A DNA stretch of 64,000 nucleotides from Candidatus Poribacteria bacterium (GTDB lineage: Bacteria > Poribacteria > WGA-4E > PCPOR2b). Of the stretch, positions 27,957 to 39,495 are shown piece by piece; within the stretch, counting starts at the first letter, position 1; each line of letters starts with the position of its first letter. The notes below the pieces were generated by a model that worked only from the letters and a program-made list of their open reading frames with translations, was not told where the DNA came from and ran no database searches. The stretch covers positions 2,304,001-2,368,000 of the forward strand of contig OZ240245.1 of assembly GCA_965198175.1 (NCBI GenBank), read 5' to 3'. Position numbers and translations under genes: made by a program.

Positions 27957-29591
27957 ATGATAACAACAGTTACGATTTGGCATCCTCAAATACGCTTCAA
28001 GCAACCGGTTATGAATGGTGCGGAAAATGAAGTGCAGAATTCCATCAGCTTGTACCAGACTCTGGTCTTAATCCTTTTCGTAAGTGTGAGCTGTTTGGGG
28101 AACCCTTTCAATCTGGCTTTTGCGGACGCGGCTAGGACACAGCAGATGGTGAAAGCACATTTCGATCGGGGTGTGCATTATGTTGAAATTGGGTTGTACG
28201 ATAAAGCCATGAGCGAGGTTAAAAAGGTTCTGGAACTTCAGCCGGAGAGCAGCGAAGCCTTTTGTCTTCTCGGCGATGTCTATCAATACAAGGAGATGTT
28301 TCATGAGGCGGCGGGCGCCTACCAACGCGCGCTTACGCTCAACGGATCAAAGCCAACACGGGGGATAGCAAACTGGTGTCTCGGCATTATCTACAGCAAA
28401 CAGGGTAAATTCCTAGAGGCGGAAACGTACGGAAAGGAAGCCGTTTCATTGCTACCGGAAGCGGCGTGGGCGCATCACCGATTGGGTGACATCTACACAC
28501 AACGCGGGAAATTAAAAGAGGCAGTCGGCGCCTACCAGAAGGCGATTCAGTTGAATCCAGAACTCGGTGAAGCCTATCAAGGTCTTGGGCGTACAGCACT
28601 CATGCAAAACGAACCAGAGGCTGCGATTCGATATTATCAGGGTGCAATTCAACGAGACCCTTATGAGGAAGGTGCTTACTACAACCTTGCCAAAGCGTAT
28701 CGACGTTCACATCAAATAGAAAATGCTAAAGTCCAGATGGAGCTGTTCAAGGAAATTAAAGCGTATCAAGATACTGTACAGCAGTATCGAAAGAAATTGA
28801 AAAAGAATCCAACCAACGTCGCTATATATGCAGAATTGGCAAAAATTCATCTCGAAATCAACAACCGCAACGCCGCCATCGGAGAGTATCATATCATGAC
28901 ATCCATAGCCCCCTCGCTTGCGCTCGGGCATTACAATTTGGGAGCGCTCTACATGCAGCAGGGAGAGGTGCAGAGGGCGATTGAGGCTTTCCAAAAAGCA
29001 ATTGAATTGGACGAAAACGATACAGAACCGTACACCCGTCTCGGTTGGATTTATGCCAGCCAAAGAAAGTTTGACCTTGCAGAATCCTACCTTCAAGGTG
29101 CGCTTCAACGCAATCCAATGTTGGGGGAAGCCTATCGGGGATTGGGTGAAATTTATGTTCAACAGGACGCCCTGAGTGACGCAATCGCGGCCTACACGAA
29201 GCTGATAGAAATCGAACCCAAGGCAGCAGCAGGCTGGCTGCGGCTAGGGGCTCTACAGGTTAAAGCCAAACAGTTCGACCATGCTGTTCACGCTTTCCAG
29301 CAAGCTATGAAAATGAATCCGGACTTGCCCGATGCTTATAATAATTTGGCATGGCTCTACGCCGACCTGAACTTAAATCTAGACCTAGCCATCCCTTTAG
29401 CGGAGAAAGCGGTTGCGTTGAACCCTACGGCTTCAAACCTCGACACGTTAGCTTACGCCCACTATAAAAACAGAAATTATCCGGTGGCAGAGCAAGTGAT
29501 TCAACGTGCCCTTGAAATCAATCCCAACAAAGACCAATATCGTCTACTTCTGCAAAAAATCCAAAACGCCCGTGAGATGAACGGCAAATGA
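27957..29591 (+). CDS. Exported tetratricopeptide-repeat protein
   Basis: Signal-like hydrophobic segment and more than 10 TPR units (AYYNLA, YQKAIQLNP, DAYNNLAW). Confidence 0.92.
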   Translation: MITTVTIWHPQIRFKQPVMNGAENEVQNSISLYQTLVLILFVSVSCLGNPFNLAFADAARTQQMVKAHFDRGVHYVEIGLYDKAMSEVKKVLELQPESSEAFCLLGDVYQYKEMFHEAAGAYQRALTLNGSKPTRGIANWCLGIIYSKQGKFLEAETYGKEAVSLLPEAAWAHHRLGDIYTQRGKLKEAVGAYQKAIQLNPELGEAYQGLGRTALMQNEPEAAIRYYQGAIQRDPYEEGAYYNLAKAYRRSHQIENAKVQMELFKEIKAYQDTVQQYRKKLKKNPTNVAIYAELAKIHLEINNRNAAIGEYHIMTSIAPSLALGHYNLGALYMQQGEVQRAIEAFQKAIELDENDTEPYTRLGWIYASQRKFDLAESYLQGALQRNPMLGEAYRGLGEIYVQQDALSDAIAAYTKLIEIEPKAAAGWLRLGALQVKAKQFDHAVHAFQQAMKMNPDLPDAYNNLAWLYADLNLNLDLAIPLAEKAVALNPTASNLDTLAYAHYKNRNYPVAEQVIQRALEINPNKDQYRLLLQKIQNAREMNGK

Positions 29592-29632
29592 AACGGCAAG
29601 AATCATCTAATCAGGAGGTTGAGGGTTGAACG

Positions 29633-31453
29633 TTGCGAATATTGAAGATTGGGAGACTGCAACTGTCGCGTAATTTGGCCTCCACATCCAATTCAGGATC
29701 TTACTTACCGTTCCACGCAATGGTTTCGATACCTTCCGTTACTCCACCCAAGCCACTTAACCCAAGTCGCAACACGCAATATGTACCTGCCTTCTGGCTC
29801 ATCAGCGTTCTCCTTTACGTCTCCTTTGCAAATACAACCCAATCGAACATTACTTTCATTAACATCGCCGCCGATGCAGGACTTGACTTTGAACACACCG
29901 ATGGCAAGAGCGACATGCGGCTCTTCAACGAATACTTGGGTGCAGGAGGTGGCGTTTTCGACTACAACGATGACGGACATTTGGACATCTACCTCGTCAA
30001 CGGCGTTCCTCAAACAGATCAAAGTAAAGAAGCCCAATTGCCCATTCCGGCAAATGCCCTTTATCATAACAATGGTGATGGTACGTTTTCCAATGTCACT
30101 AGCTCAGCGGGTGTGGGAGATACAGGCTACGGCGTTGGCTGTGCGGTCGGTGACTTCGATAACGATGGAGATTTAGATTTATACGTGACAAACTTTGGTC
30201 CCAACGTGTTTTACCGCAATAATGGGGATGGGACGTTTGTAGAAGTGTCGGTGAATGCAGGTGTGGCGAACACACAATGGGGAACTAGCTGTGCTTTTGC
30301 TGATGTGGACAATGACAGCTTTCTCGATTTATACATTGCAAACTATGCGGATTACGTGGTCGAGAAGGATAAGCGATGCGTTATACGAGGAATCTGGCAA
30401 TATTGTGGCCCGGGCACATACCCGCCGGATTCAGATGTACTTTATCATAACAACGGTGATGGCACATTTACTGATTTTTCGAAGAAGAGCGAGGTTTTGA
30501 ACGTTCCAGCTTATCACAGTTTAGGGGTGGCATTCGCCGATTACGACAACGATGGCGATCAAGATCTCTATGTTGCGAACGATCAGGATGCAAATTTCCT
30601 GTTTCAGAATCGTGGTGATGGAACATTTGAGGAAGTAGCATTGCTGTCAGGTGTCAGCTACAGCGATATGGGTAAGGAGGAGGCGGGGATGGGAACAGCC
30701 TTTGGCGATTACGACAATGACGGGCTGCTGGATTTGACGGTCAGCAATTTTCAGAATGAAACCAATACCCTGTATCACAACGAAAACGGAGATTTTTTTG
30801 CCGATGTGACGATAACGACTGGGATTGGCGAAGTGACGTATAGTTATCTAGGGTGGGGGATTTCTTTCTTCGACTATGATAACGACGGTTACAAGGACAT
30901 CTTCGTCGCCAATGGGCACGTTCTGGATAACGTCGTTGAAGTTGATCGGTCCACAACCTACCCGCAGCAGAATCTACTATTCCGGAATCTTGGAGACCGA
31001 ACCTTCACGGATGTTACGAATCAAGTGGGGCCAGGTTTGGTGCTCCGCAAAGTCAGCCGTGGCGCCGCATTTGGTGATTATGATAACGATGGAGACATTG
31101 ATATTCTGATTTCCAATTGGAATCAGTCTGCCGATTTGTTGCGGAATGAGGGTGGCAACCTAAATAACTGGGTGCAGTTCCGAGTTGTTGGGGTAAAGAG
31201 CAATCGATCTGGAATTGGGGCACGAATCAAAGTTGTCGCTGGGGACTTGTCGCAATTTGCAGAGGTCCAGAGTGGCGGCAGCTATCTGTCATTCAGCGAT
31301 CTACGCGTTCATTTTGGACTCGGAAAATCAGACAAAGTAGATCTCGTAGAGATCCGCTGGCCCAGCGGTCAGATCGATAGGGCAGAGAATCTTTCTGTCA
31401 ATCGACAGTTCGTCGCAACCGAAGGACATGGACTAACTCATTATCAAGAATGA
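29633..31453 (+). CDS. CRTAC1 family protein (FG-GAP repeats + ASPIC/UnbV domain); start uncertain
   Basis: Repeated DYDNDGDxD motifs, SRGAAFGD, SNRSGIGARI, HFGLG, IRWPSG. Confidence 0.93.
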   Translation: MRILKIGRLQLSRNLASTSNSGSYLPFHAMVSIPSVTPPKPLNPSRNTQYVPAFWLISVLLYVSFANTTQSNITFINIAADAGLDFEHTDGKSDMRLFNEYLGAGGGVFDYNDDGHLDIYLVNGVPQTDQSKEAQLPIPANALYHNNGDGTFSNVTSSAGVGDTGYGVGCAVGDFDNDGDLDLYVTNFGPNVFYRNNGDGTFVEVSVNAGVANTQWGTSCAFADVDNDSFLDLYIANYADYVVEKDKRCVIRGIWQYCGPGTYPPDSDVLYHNNGDGTFTDFSKKSEVLNVPAYHSLGVAFADYDNDGDQDLYVANDQDANFLFQNRGDGTFEEVALLSGVSYSDMGKEEAGMGTAFGDYDNDGLLDLTVSNFQNETNTLYHNENGDFFADVTITTGIGEVTYSYLGWGISFFDYDNDGYKDIFVANGHVLDNVVEVDRSTTYPQQNLLFRNLGDRTFTDVTNQVGPGLVLRKVSRGAAFGDYDNDGDIDILISNWNQSADLLRNEGGNLNNWVQFRVVGVKSNRSGIGARIKVVAGDLSQFAEVQSGGSYLSFSDLRVHFGLGKSDKVDLVEIRWPSGQIDRAENLSVNRQFVATEGHGLTHYQE

Positions 31454-31498
31454 ACTGTGCATTTTTGTTGTGGTTGGGCAATTCCTCGTTCTTTCTAG

Positions 31499-32383
31499 TT
31501 AGCGTGGCCAGCGATAAGGTTGAACACCTTGTGAATACTTGAGCGCGAACTCCCACCGCTGACACCAGGTCGTGTAATCGGTCTGTAAGGCATCCGGACG
31601 TGACTTGCTGCGCATCAAGAACGCTGGGTAGTATGGGCGACCCGTCGGCTGATAAGCATCGTGGTAGCGTAGGTCAAAACTCCATCGCACAGTGTCCGTT
31701 TTATTTAACAGGGAGTGGTGCATCGTGTAGTTGTGGAACACGAGAATATCCCCTGCGTACACAGGTAGGGCTTTTGGCTGGACGGCGGAATGGTCCTCAA
31801 GAGGAATGTCAAGCCCATGGGGCGAATAAACATGCTTGCGAAGTCCATTTTTGTGGCTACCGGGTATCACTTCTAAACACCCATTGTCCAACGTTACATC
31901 CACGATGGGCACCCAAATAGTGAGCATAAAATATGGGTCGGTTTCTGGCCAACAAACGCCGGCGTCCTGATGCCAGGGGGTCGGTCCTTTAGCAATCTTG
32001 CTGTGCGGTAGGGTGGCTCGGATGTGCTGGATGGGATTGCACAGAATCTCCGGCCCAACAAACGACTCTGACAGGTCCAGAATTTTGGGGTTTTTCAGGA
32101 AGTTGAAGGCCGCTTTGCCGCGAGCCTGCATGATGTCTAAATTGTCAGCAATTTCCGGAGCTTCCGCTGCTAGACACACGAGCCGGCGTGTAAATGGCTC
32201 GTCAACATATAGAGAACTGACCTTTCCTTCTGCGTACAACCGCCTCGCTCGTTCGTCAATGATATCGGAATATTCCTCAATGACCGGACGCAGGTCGTCC
32301 GCGTCCAGCCATTTCTCTAGTAGTAGATAGCCGTTTTCGTAGAAAGATGTGATTTGTGATTCCATTAAACGCATGATTGCCAT
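31499..32383 (-). CDS. Phytanoyl-CoA dioxygenase (PhyH) family Fe/2OG dioxygenase
   Basis: WHQD, NGCLEVIPGSH, HHS...RWSFDLRY. Confidence 0.92.
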   Translation of the reverse strand: MAIMRLMESQITSFYENGYLLLEKWLDADDLRPVIEEYSDIIDERARRLYAEGKVSSLYVDEPFTRRLVCLAAEAPEIADNLDIMQARGKAAFNFLKNPKILDLSESFVGPEILCNPIQHIRATLPHSKIAKGPTPWHQDAGVCWPETDPYFMLTIWVPIVDVTLDNGCLEVIPGSHKNGLRKHVYSPHGLDIPLEDHSAVQPKALPVYAGDILVFHNYTMHHSLLNKTDTVRWSFDLRYHDAYQPTGRPYYPAFLMRSKSRPDALQTDYTTWCQRWEFALKYSQGVQPYRWPR

Positions 32384-32875
32384 GTCCTTATCTGACAGCT
32401 AGGCGTCGCCCCTCTCAAGCCTAGAATATATTTATGGAAGTCGGATGTTCCTATCCACAATCAGTCAAAACGATGAGATAAATACGCAGAAATAGAGTCG
32501 TTTCCACCAATCGGGCTCCAGTTCCGAACAGATTTAACTTTGAGATACCCTGCGGCTCGCTTACGCTTCTCATCAGCGGATGAACGATAAATCCTGAACG
32601 CAGTTAAGTTATTTGGTAGTCGTATCGACCGACTTCAGAAGTTTCGGCTGTATGCTGATATTGATCCAACAAGATTTTCCAGAAAACTTAGTGGGGCGAC
32701 TAACACCAAAGCCCAAACCCGATTGGGAGGAACTTGTCGGGAATCCTCAAGCGAAGACAACTGCAGCCTCTTACATCGCCGTAGAGGAAGTGAATGCTCA
32801 ATAACGTAAACTTGCCGAAGCAAAGCTTGACTAAAGAATTCAAGTACGAATCATTGCAGTCATTTTGAGTTCAGC

Positions 32876-33673
32876 CTAATCCCATCGAATTACCCCCCCA
32901 GTTCCCAGCAATACCACGGGCGGTGTCCGCAAAACTTCTCCTTCCTTTACTTCAGGCATCCCGATAGGATCTAAGGCATAAGCGATACGACGGGAGAGGT
33001 GTTGCCCCAAATCCGCCTGCATCTCGGTATCGGTCTTAAAGGTAACCTGCCGCCGCTGCTCTGTTTGATAGGCATACCAATACTTGATGTAGCCTCTGAT
33101 TGAGTTATTAAATATCAGTTGTCCTGATTTTGTATCGATTACCTTAATCCAGGCACGTATGTGTGCGCTCAAACGCGTACGAACATAGGTTGCTGATCCT
33201 GAAATTCCTGCTTGTCTCCCTCGCCGCCTGAGGAGCGCGTTATAACCCTTACTAGCGAAGGTGGGATCATTGAGTTTTCCAACCACAACAAAGTCTGCAT
33301 TTAATTCTCGCCCCACCTTTGCAGCTAATGCGACATCCTCAAACATGTGGTTCAGTGTTACACCCATCTCTTCAAGCTTGGATGCAACCGGATTGACACT
33401 CTGTGACTGATCATAAATAAATTGTATATTTTTGTCTGCATTCTTGAACTTTAGTTCAAAGTTTTCAGCAACCCGAACCGGAACCCATCTCCCGAGTTTC
33501 TCAGTTGTCTCTGCGATAAACGGAGCAATCGCAATTCCTTGTGCCTGTTCGAGAGGAGGAGGAGTGGTGATTTTCTCACCTTCGATAACTTTGCCGCACC
33601 CGGCAACCATCACAAGACCTGTCAAAATTAGAAAAACTTGAAACGGAACAGAAACCATCAACGCTCTCTTCAT
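32876..33673 (-). CDS. Hypothetical lipoprotein (CsgG/LpoB-like alpha/beta fold)
   Basis: Lipobox VAGC; IAIAPF, KVGRELNADFVVVG, KVIDTKSGQLI. Confidence 0.7.
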   Translation of the reverse strand: MKRALMVSVPFQVFLILTGLVMVAGCGKVIEGEKITTPPPLEQAQGIAIAPFIAETTEKLGRWVPVRVAENFELKFKNADKNIQFIYDQSQSVNPVASKLEEMGVTLNHMFEDVALAAKVGRELNADFVVVGKLNDPTFASKGYNALLRRRGRQAGISGSATYVRTRLSAHIRAWIKVIDTKSGQLIFNNSIRGYIKYWYAYQTEQRRQVTFKTDTEMQADLGQHLSRRIAYALDPIGMPEVKEGEVLRTPPVVLLGTGGVIRWD

Positions 33674-33736
33674 GATTCAGTTTCACTCCTTACCTTAAAT
33701 GAATAATATGCGAACTCGCTTTTTGGAAACGCACAG

Positions 33737-33765
33737 ATTATAGCACAGTTTGATTACTATGTCAA
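33737..33765 (-). promoter_or_regulatory. Consensus sigma70 promoter (lipoprotein gene)
   Basis: Minus strand TTGACA-17 bp-TATAAT, perfect consensus. Confidence 0.8.
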
Positions 33766-33782
33766 TCATCTCGACGAAAACC

Positions 33783-33811
33783 TTGACAGAAATCCAAGGT
33801 ACGCATAAAAT
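33783..33811 (+). promoter_or_regulatory. Sigma70 promoter (bdhA)
   Basis: TTGACA-17 bp-TAAAAT. Confidence 0.75.
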
Positions 33812-33859
33812 TACACAATATCTTTTGAATGCAGTTGCTAAGAAATTAAAGATTCATGA

Positions 33860-34633
33860 GTGAAGAGGTCTGAAGTGAGTACAAGAGTTGCCATTGTCAC
33901 AGGAGCAGCCCGTGGAATTGGCCGAGCTATCGCTGAAGCGTTCGCGCAAGGTGGAACTCAAGTGGTCCTGGCTGATATGAACAACGATCAGGGGCAGGCT
34001 GTCGCTGACGCTATGGGCGGCGATTTTGTAATGGTGGACCTTGCCCGTCAAGATGATTGTCACCGCTTGGTGAACGAAACGCTGACGCACTATGGTAGAA
34101 TTGACATATTGGTCAATAACGCCGGGATGCAGCATATTGATACTATTGAGATGTTCCCTGTGGATATCTGGGATAAGATGCTGGCAGTGATGCTAACCGC
34201 TCCCTTTCTACTCACCAAATACGTTTGGCCAACGATGAAGGCAACCGGTTGGGGGCGAATTGTTAATATCGGCTCTATCCACAGCCGCGTTGCCTCACCC
34301 TTTAAGGGGGCATATGTGACAGCCAAACACGGTCTCATCGGTCTCACGCGCACAGCAGCGCTGGAAGGCGGAGCACACGGCATTACCGCCAATGCAATCT
34401 GCCCAGCCTATGTGAGCACCGCCCTTGTGGAAGACCAAATCGTCGACCAGGCTCGCACACATGGAATTTCGCCGCAGGAAGTGATTGAGCAGGTTATGTT
34501 GGAACCCGCAGCCATTAAACGACTCATTGCACCAGAGGAGGTGGCATCCCTTGTCGTCTACTTGTGCTCGGAGGCTGCTGGTGCCATCACTGGAGCGGAC
34601 TGGACCATTGATCTAGGCTGGACGGCGCGCTAG
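33860..34633 (+). CDS. bdhA: D-3-hydroxybutyrate dehydrogenase (SDR); GTG 33875 is an alternative start
   Basis: [38 protein letters not shown]. Confidence 0.88.
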   Translation: MKRSEVSTRVAIVTGAARGIGRAIAEAFAQGGTQVVLADMNNDQGQAVADAMGGDFVMVDLARQDDCHRLVNETLTHYGRIDILVNNAGMQHIDTIEMFPVDIWDKMLAVMLTAPFLLTKYVWPTMKATGWGRIVNIGSIHSRVASPFKGAYVTAKHGLIGLTRTAALEGGAHGITANAICPAYVSTALVEDQIVDQARTHGISPQEVIEQVMLEPAAIKRLIAPEEVASLVVYLCSEAAGAITGADWTIDLGWTAR

Positions 34634-34752
34634 GATTAGAAAAACGCCGCCCTTTATGGGTACGCACAACCTGCACGGACAGGTTTGAAACTTGTCTCAT
34701 TCGTCTCCATACGTAATGTGGGAATGCTTTTTCTGTATAAGGAAGACTTGCT

Positions 34753-35883
34753 TTGCCTGAAAGCGTATACGATGCGGTTATCATCGGTGCTGGAGGTATG
34801 GGAAGTGCGGTGGCATATCACCTTGCTTGCTCCGGCGCCAAAACACTGGTATTAGAACAATTTTCTCGAGGGCATGCTTTCGGCAGTTCACACGGGGATA
34901 GCCGGATCATCCGTCTCGCGTATGAGAAGAAGTTCTATGTGGAATTGATGATATCCGCCTACATTGAATGGCGTAAATTGGAAGCGGCGTCAGGAAAGAA
35001 GTTGCTCTTCAATACCGGCGGTGTAACAATTGCCTCTAAAGGACACGACTACATTGTCGGTTTGCGGGACAGTATGGACGCAGGAGGTGTCGAATCGGAA
35101 TGGTGGGACCGGGAACAAGTTTCCGCACGTTTCCCTCAATTTCAAATTGATGACGGCATGTGCGTTCTGTGGCAAAAAGATACCGGTTTCCTTTACGCCT
35201 CAGAATGCACCTCAACGCATTTGCAACTGGCTGAAAGACACGGGGCAGAGATTCGAGAGAGCACCTGTGTCACGGATATCGACTGGCAGAGCAGTGTTCC
35301 CGAGGTATTTGTCAAAGGGGAATCTTTCCGGGGAAGAAAAGTGATTGTAACCGCAGGACCGTGGACCTCCACCGTTCTCGGCGAACTCAAACTCCCTTTG
35401 ACCGTAACTCGGCAGCAAGTCGTTTATTTCCGTCCAACAAATGTGAATCTTTTTCAACCGGACAAATTTCCCGTCTTCATCGAAATAACACAGGGCGAAT
35501 TCATCTATGGCATACCAGTCTTCGGGAATGACGCCGTTAAAGTTGCCCGGCACGGATTGGGGGAAACGGTGTCTCCGGACACGTGTGACCGCACGCCCAG
35601 TGCCGACTATATTGAGCATCTGCGCGGCTATTTGAAGGCCCGTATTCCCAATGCCGCGGGCGAAATGCTCCGTGCTCAAGTTTGCCTGTACACGGAGACT
35701 TCTGATGGTGATTTTATTATCGACACCCATCCGGACTGTCCGAATCTAGTCATTGCGGCAGGGTTTTCCGGACACGGGTTCAAGTTTTGTAGTCTAGTGG
35801 GGCGGATTCTTGCGGAGATGGCATCATTGGGTCAGACGAGATTCGACCTCGAACCGTTCCGTATAGCGCGATTCTTGCCGTAG
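34753..35883 (+). CDS. solA: Monomeric sarcosine oxidase / N-methyltryptophan oxidase family
   Basis: GAGGMG, GSSHGDSRIIR, CLYT (covalent FAD Cys), GFSGHGFKF. Confidence 0.88.
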   Translation: MPESVYDAVIIGAGGMGSAVAYHLACSGAKTLVLEQFSRGHAFGSSHGDSRIIRLAYEKKFYVELMISAYIEWRKLEAASGKKLLFNTGGVTIASKGHDYIVGLRDSMDAGGVESEWWDREQVSARFPQFQIDDGMCVLWQKDTGFLYASECTSTHLQLAERHGAEIRESTCVTDIDWQSSVPEVFVKGESFRGRKVIVTAGPWTSTVLGELKLPLTVTRQQVVYFRPTNVNLFQPDKFPVFIEITQGEFIYGIPVFGNDAVKVARHGLGETVSPDTCDRTPSADYIEHLRGYLKARIPNAAGEMLRAQVCLYTETSDGDFIIDTHPDCPNLVIAAGFSGHGFKFCSLVGRILAEMASLGQTRFDLEPFRIARFLP

Positions 35884-35981
35884 GGACATACGGCGATTGC
35901 ACCAATGTAAAATGTCTCAGAGGTAATGCTCGCGTCTAGGTATATTCAGTTAACGTTGGGGCATGAATTACATCGGAACCT

Positions 35982-36554
35982 ATGAACACCCAATCACACG
36001 CGATTATCAATGTTGCATTGCTGAATCGGAAGGATAAGCCGCATCTTCGCCGCTATATGCTGTTGGGTGCATTGATACCTGACTTGCCGATGTTTGTCTT
36101 TTTCGTTGTTGAAACATTTGGCTTTAGACATCCCCAGCAACAGATTTGGTCGGAACGATATTTTCTTACACAGTGGCAGAACCTCTTTGATATCTTCAAC
36201 GCTGTACCGCTCGTACTAATTGTCCTCGGTGTTGGCTATTGGTTCAAATCCGACGCAGTTATGTTCTGTTGCTGGAGCATCCTGCTCCACTGTGGCGTTG
36301 ATTTTTTCCTACACCACGACGACGCCCACCGACATTTTTTCCCGTTCTTGCAATTCAGATTCAGGAGTCCAATCTCATACTGGGACCCATCCCACTATGG
36401 GCGTATTGCCTCACTCGTTGAAATCGTGGCAACGATCTTGGCTTCTATCTTCCTTTTTCCTCACCTACAATCCCGAATTGCGCGAAGCGTTTTAATCGCT
36501 GTGAATTTCCTTTCTGTGCTCGTCTATGTGGGTTTCGCGATCTTTTTTAACTGA
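35982..36554 (+). CDS. Membrane metal-dependent hydrolase-like protein (YdjM-like)
   Basis: MNTQSH, GALIPD, LHCGVDFFLHHDDAH, ISYWDP. Confidence 0.7.
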   Translation: MNTQSHAIINVALLNRKDKPHLRRYMLLGALIPDLPMFVFFVVETFGFRHPQQQIWSERYFLTQWQNLFDIFNAVPLVLIVLGVGYWFKSDAVMFCCWSILLHCGVDFFLHHDDAHRHFFPFLQFRFRSPISYWDPSHYGRIASLVEIVATILASIFLFPHLQSRIARSVLIAVNFLSVLVYVGFAIFFN

Positions 36555-36687
36555 CCAGCTCTACACGCCCTTGGCCCAATATTAGAGTTCCTTTGGGCTT
36601 GCATCGGTATCGTTTGGCCTTTTCTGCACCCTGTATCCTGCGAGATAATCCAGGCTGCCATGCGATTCCCGCTATATGCCTCCTGTC

Positions 36688-37563
36688 TTATTTCTGCATC
36701 CGATTAAGCATCGCAAACAGGTTTTGAATGCAGAGTCGAGACGCTTCTTCACCAGCTTGGGAAAAGATGGTGCCACCGGGGTGTTGAAGCTGATCGTCGT
36801 CGATCTTCAGAATTGAACGCCAGTGAGTTTCCAAACACAGGTGTCCCTCATACCCGTCATCAACAAAAGCCTGAAGCTGCCCCTGCCAATCAATGACGCC
36901 TTCGCCGACCGGGACACATTCAATTTTACCGGTTGCGGGATTTTTCCCGGCGTCCTTCAGGTGAGCATGAACCATTAGTAATTTGAGGCGGTTGTAGGCA
37001 TCAGGATACGGTTTTTCTCCATCCTCGTCGACGTGGGCTTCATTTGCCGGGTCCCAGATGGCACGGACGTTGGGCGAGTTGATTTCGCGCACAAAGCGCT
37101 CCGTCAGTTGGGCAGTCGCAAGTGAGGTGGAGTGTTCGTTTTCCATACCCAAGATAACCCCTGCCCGCTCGGCAATCCGTACCGGTTCATCATAGGCGGA
37201 GACAATCTCAGCCCAACGCTCCTCCGTGTTGTCAGTTTTCCAGAAAGCGAAGGTACGAATCAGGTTGGTGCCAAACACCTCCGCTAGCTTGATGCACTGC
37301 CTCAGGATATTCAGATGTTCCCTTCGTACATTGACATTGTCGATGTCACATTTGAAGAACGGCGAAGCAATCCCGGCAATCTGGAGATTTGTCCTCTTCA
37401 AAATCCGCTTCATCTCGCCGATATCACTCCCCACTAACATCTGCGGAGGCTTTTCCCACACGGACCGAATCTCAATGGAATCTAGCTTGAACGCCGTTGC
37501 AAAATCAACAACCGTTTGGAAGTCCTGTGAAACCTCATCACCAATAACACCAATCTTGAACAT
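36688..37563 (-). CDS. Sugar phosphate isomerase/epimerase (xylose isomerase-like TIM barrel)
   Basis: MENE, WDPAN, HLKD, LETH metal ligands; ATG at 37563 after GGAG. Confidence 0.88.
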   Translation of the reverse strand: MFKIGVIGDEVSQDFQTVVDFATAFKLDSIEIRSVWEKPPQMLVGSDIGEMKRILKRTNLQIAGIASPFFKCDIDNVNVRREHLNILRQCIKLAEVFGTNLIRTFAFWKTDNTEERWAEIVSAYDEPVRIAERAGVILGMENEHSTSLATAQLTERFVREINSPNVRAIWDPANEAHVDEDGEKPYPDAYNRLKLLMVHAHLKDAGKNPATGKIECVPVGEGVIDWQGQLQAFVDDGYEGHLCLETHWRSILKIDDDQLQHPGGTIFSQAGEEASRLCIQNLFAMLNRMQK

Positions 37564-37716
37564 CTGCTTTTTCTCCACGATTAAGTTAACACTTAAGGTT
37601 GTCTGACGTTTACGCAATCATTTCTCTTACTATCAACCGGCGCTAAATCCGAAATAAAACTCAAAATTGCAGCCGCCCCCAACCAGATAAACTAATCCCA
37701 GAATCTTTGTGCATTT

Positions 37717-39369
37717 TCAAATCTTGATGGTGGGGCAATGTATATTTCGTTTCACATTTTCTGCATACCGATGACGGAGAAATTTCTTGTCGAGCTTTCC
37801 CACGCTGGTCCGCGGGATTTCATCAACTAACGCAATCTTGTCGGGCAACCAAAATTTGGGGAACTTGGGAGCGAGATGCGCAACTAATTCTTCTTCCGTT
37901 ACGGGACCGGCATCCGGATTCAAAACGACAACCGCCATCGGTCGTTCGCTCCACTGCTCATCGGGAATTGCGATTACTGCAGCTTCCATCACCTTGGAGT
38001 GTTTCATCAGCGCGTTTTCGAGTTCGACGCTAGAGATCCATTCGCCACCGCTTTTGACCAAGTCTGTTGCCCGGTCCACTATCTGCATACAGCCATCTGG
38101 ACTTATCGTCGCCACGTCGCCCGTACGGAACCACTCATCTGAAGTGAAATGTTCTGGACTGCGTTCAATCTTGTAATAGCTTCTGGCGACCCACGGCCCA
38201 CGGACTTGTAGTTCACCCATCGTAACACCATCCCAGGGTACAATTCCACCCGCCTCGTTCACAATACGCATCTCGATGCCTGCAAGGGCATAACCCTGCT
38301 TCGATTTGATATCCCATTGCTCGTGTTCTGAGATGGCGCTATGACGGCTTTGCAGATTTAACAGTGTTCCAACGGGGGACGTTTCTGTCATGCCCCACCC
38401 TTGCATCACATTGACGTGCAACTCCTTCTCGTAGGTTTCGATGAGCGAACGGGGCATGGCTGCCCCACCAACTGCCAAGGAGCGGATATGTGCAATATCC
38501 CGTGGATTTGTCTTCAGCTCTTGATACAGTCCCGCCCAGAGCGTAGGCACCCCTGCGGGTACTGTGACCCGTTCTTCAGCGATAATCTGCGCCAAATCCG
38601 GAGGTTTTAGATGCTGCCCAGGCAGAACCATGTCAGATCCGGCATACGCACAAGCATAGGGCAAGCCCCACGCCATCGCATGGAACATCGGTACAACTGG
38701 CATAACCACATCTTGCTCTTTCAGTGCGAACGCGTTAGCATGGCTAATTCCCATCGTGTGCAGGTACACAGATCGATGGCTATAAAGTACACCCTTTGGA
38801 TGTCCTGTTGTGCCACTGGTATAGCACAAACCCATCGCCGCGTTTTCGTTGGTGCTCCTCCATTTATAATCTTCTAATGCTTCAGCCATCAGGTCTTCGT
38901 AAAAATACACATTGGTCAGTTTGGTTTCGAGCCCCGTATTGGCGTTGAACAGGACATAGTGTTCCACGCAGTTAATCTGATCAGCAACCTGCTCGAATAA
39001 CGGCAGGATAGTCGAATCAATGAACACGACCTTATCCTCCGCATGATTCACAACGTAAGCGAGTTGCTCAGGAGAAAGGCGGATGTTCAATGTATGACAA
39101 ACCGAAGCGCTACACGGTATCGCATAATACAACTCCAGGTGTTGAAAATTATTCCATGCAAAGGTGCCTACCCGGTCACCCGATTTGACGCCTAGATTGC
39201 CCAAGACATTTGCCAGCCGCTTGACGCGGTCGTAAAGATTGGCGTATGTATACCGATGCAAGGAGCCGTCGGGGAGCTTCGTGGTAATCCGTTTGTAGGG
39301 ATGCATGCGGTAAGCGTGTTCCAAAATCCGGTCAATTGTGAGTGGGTAATCCATCATTAAACCTTGCAT
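37717..39369 (-). CDS. Medium/long-chain acyl-CoA ligase (AlkK/DmdB-like)
   Basis: [32 protein letters not shown]. Confidence 0.93.
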   Translation of the reverse strand: MQGLMMDYPLTIDRILEHAYRMHPYKRITTKLPDGSLHRYTYANLYDRVKRLANVLGNLGVKSGDRVGTFAWNNFQHLELYYAIPCSASVCHTLNIRLSPEQLAYVVNHAEDKVVFIDSTILPLFEQVADQINCVEHYVLFNANTGLETKLTNVYFYEDLMAEALEDYKWRSTNENAAMGLCYTSGTTGHPKGVLYSHRSVYLHTMGISHANAFALKEQDVVMPVVPMFHAMAWGLPYACAYAGSDMVLPGQHLKPPDLAQIIAEERVTVPAGVPTLWAGLYQELKTNPRDIAHIRSLAVGGAAMPRSLIETYEKELHVNVMQGWGMTETSPVGTLLNLQSRHSAISEHEQWDIKSKQGYALAGIEMRIVNEAGGIVPWDGVTMGELQVRGPWVARSYYKIERSPEHFTSDEWFRTGDVATISPDGCMQIVDRATDLVKSGGEWISSVELENALMKHSKVMEAAVIAIPDEQWSERPMAVVVLNPDAGPVTEEELVAHLAPKFPKFWLPDKIALVDEIPRTSVGKLDKKFLRHRYAENVKRNIHCPTIKI

Positions 39370-39495
39370 TGATGGCCCTCCTTGTAGGAGTTCAACTGGT
39401 GAACTGTGGAATGTAGTCCGACAAAACCATCCTCAGATTCACCGCTCCAGACCCAAAGTCTTCAAGATGTTACCCCAACTTCATCGGAATTGACG

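Noticed and set aside
32389..32397. Third TGTCAGATA copy upstream of the phyH gene
   Set aside because: A single 9-mer is expected by chance about 0.5 times in 64 kb on two strands
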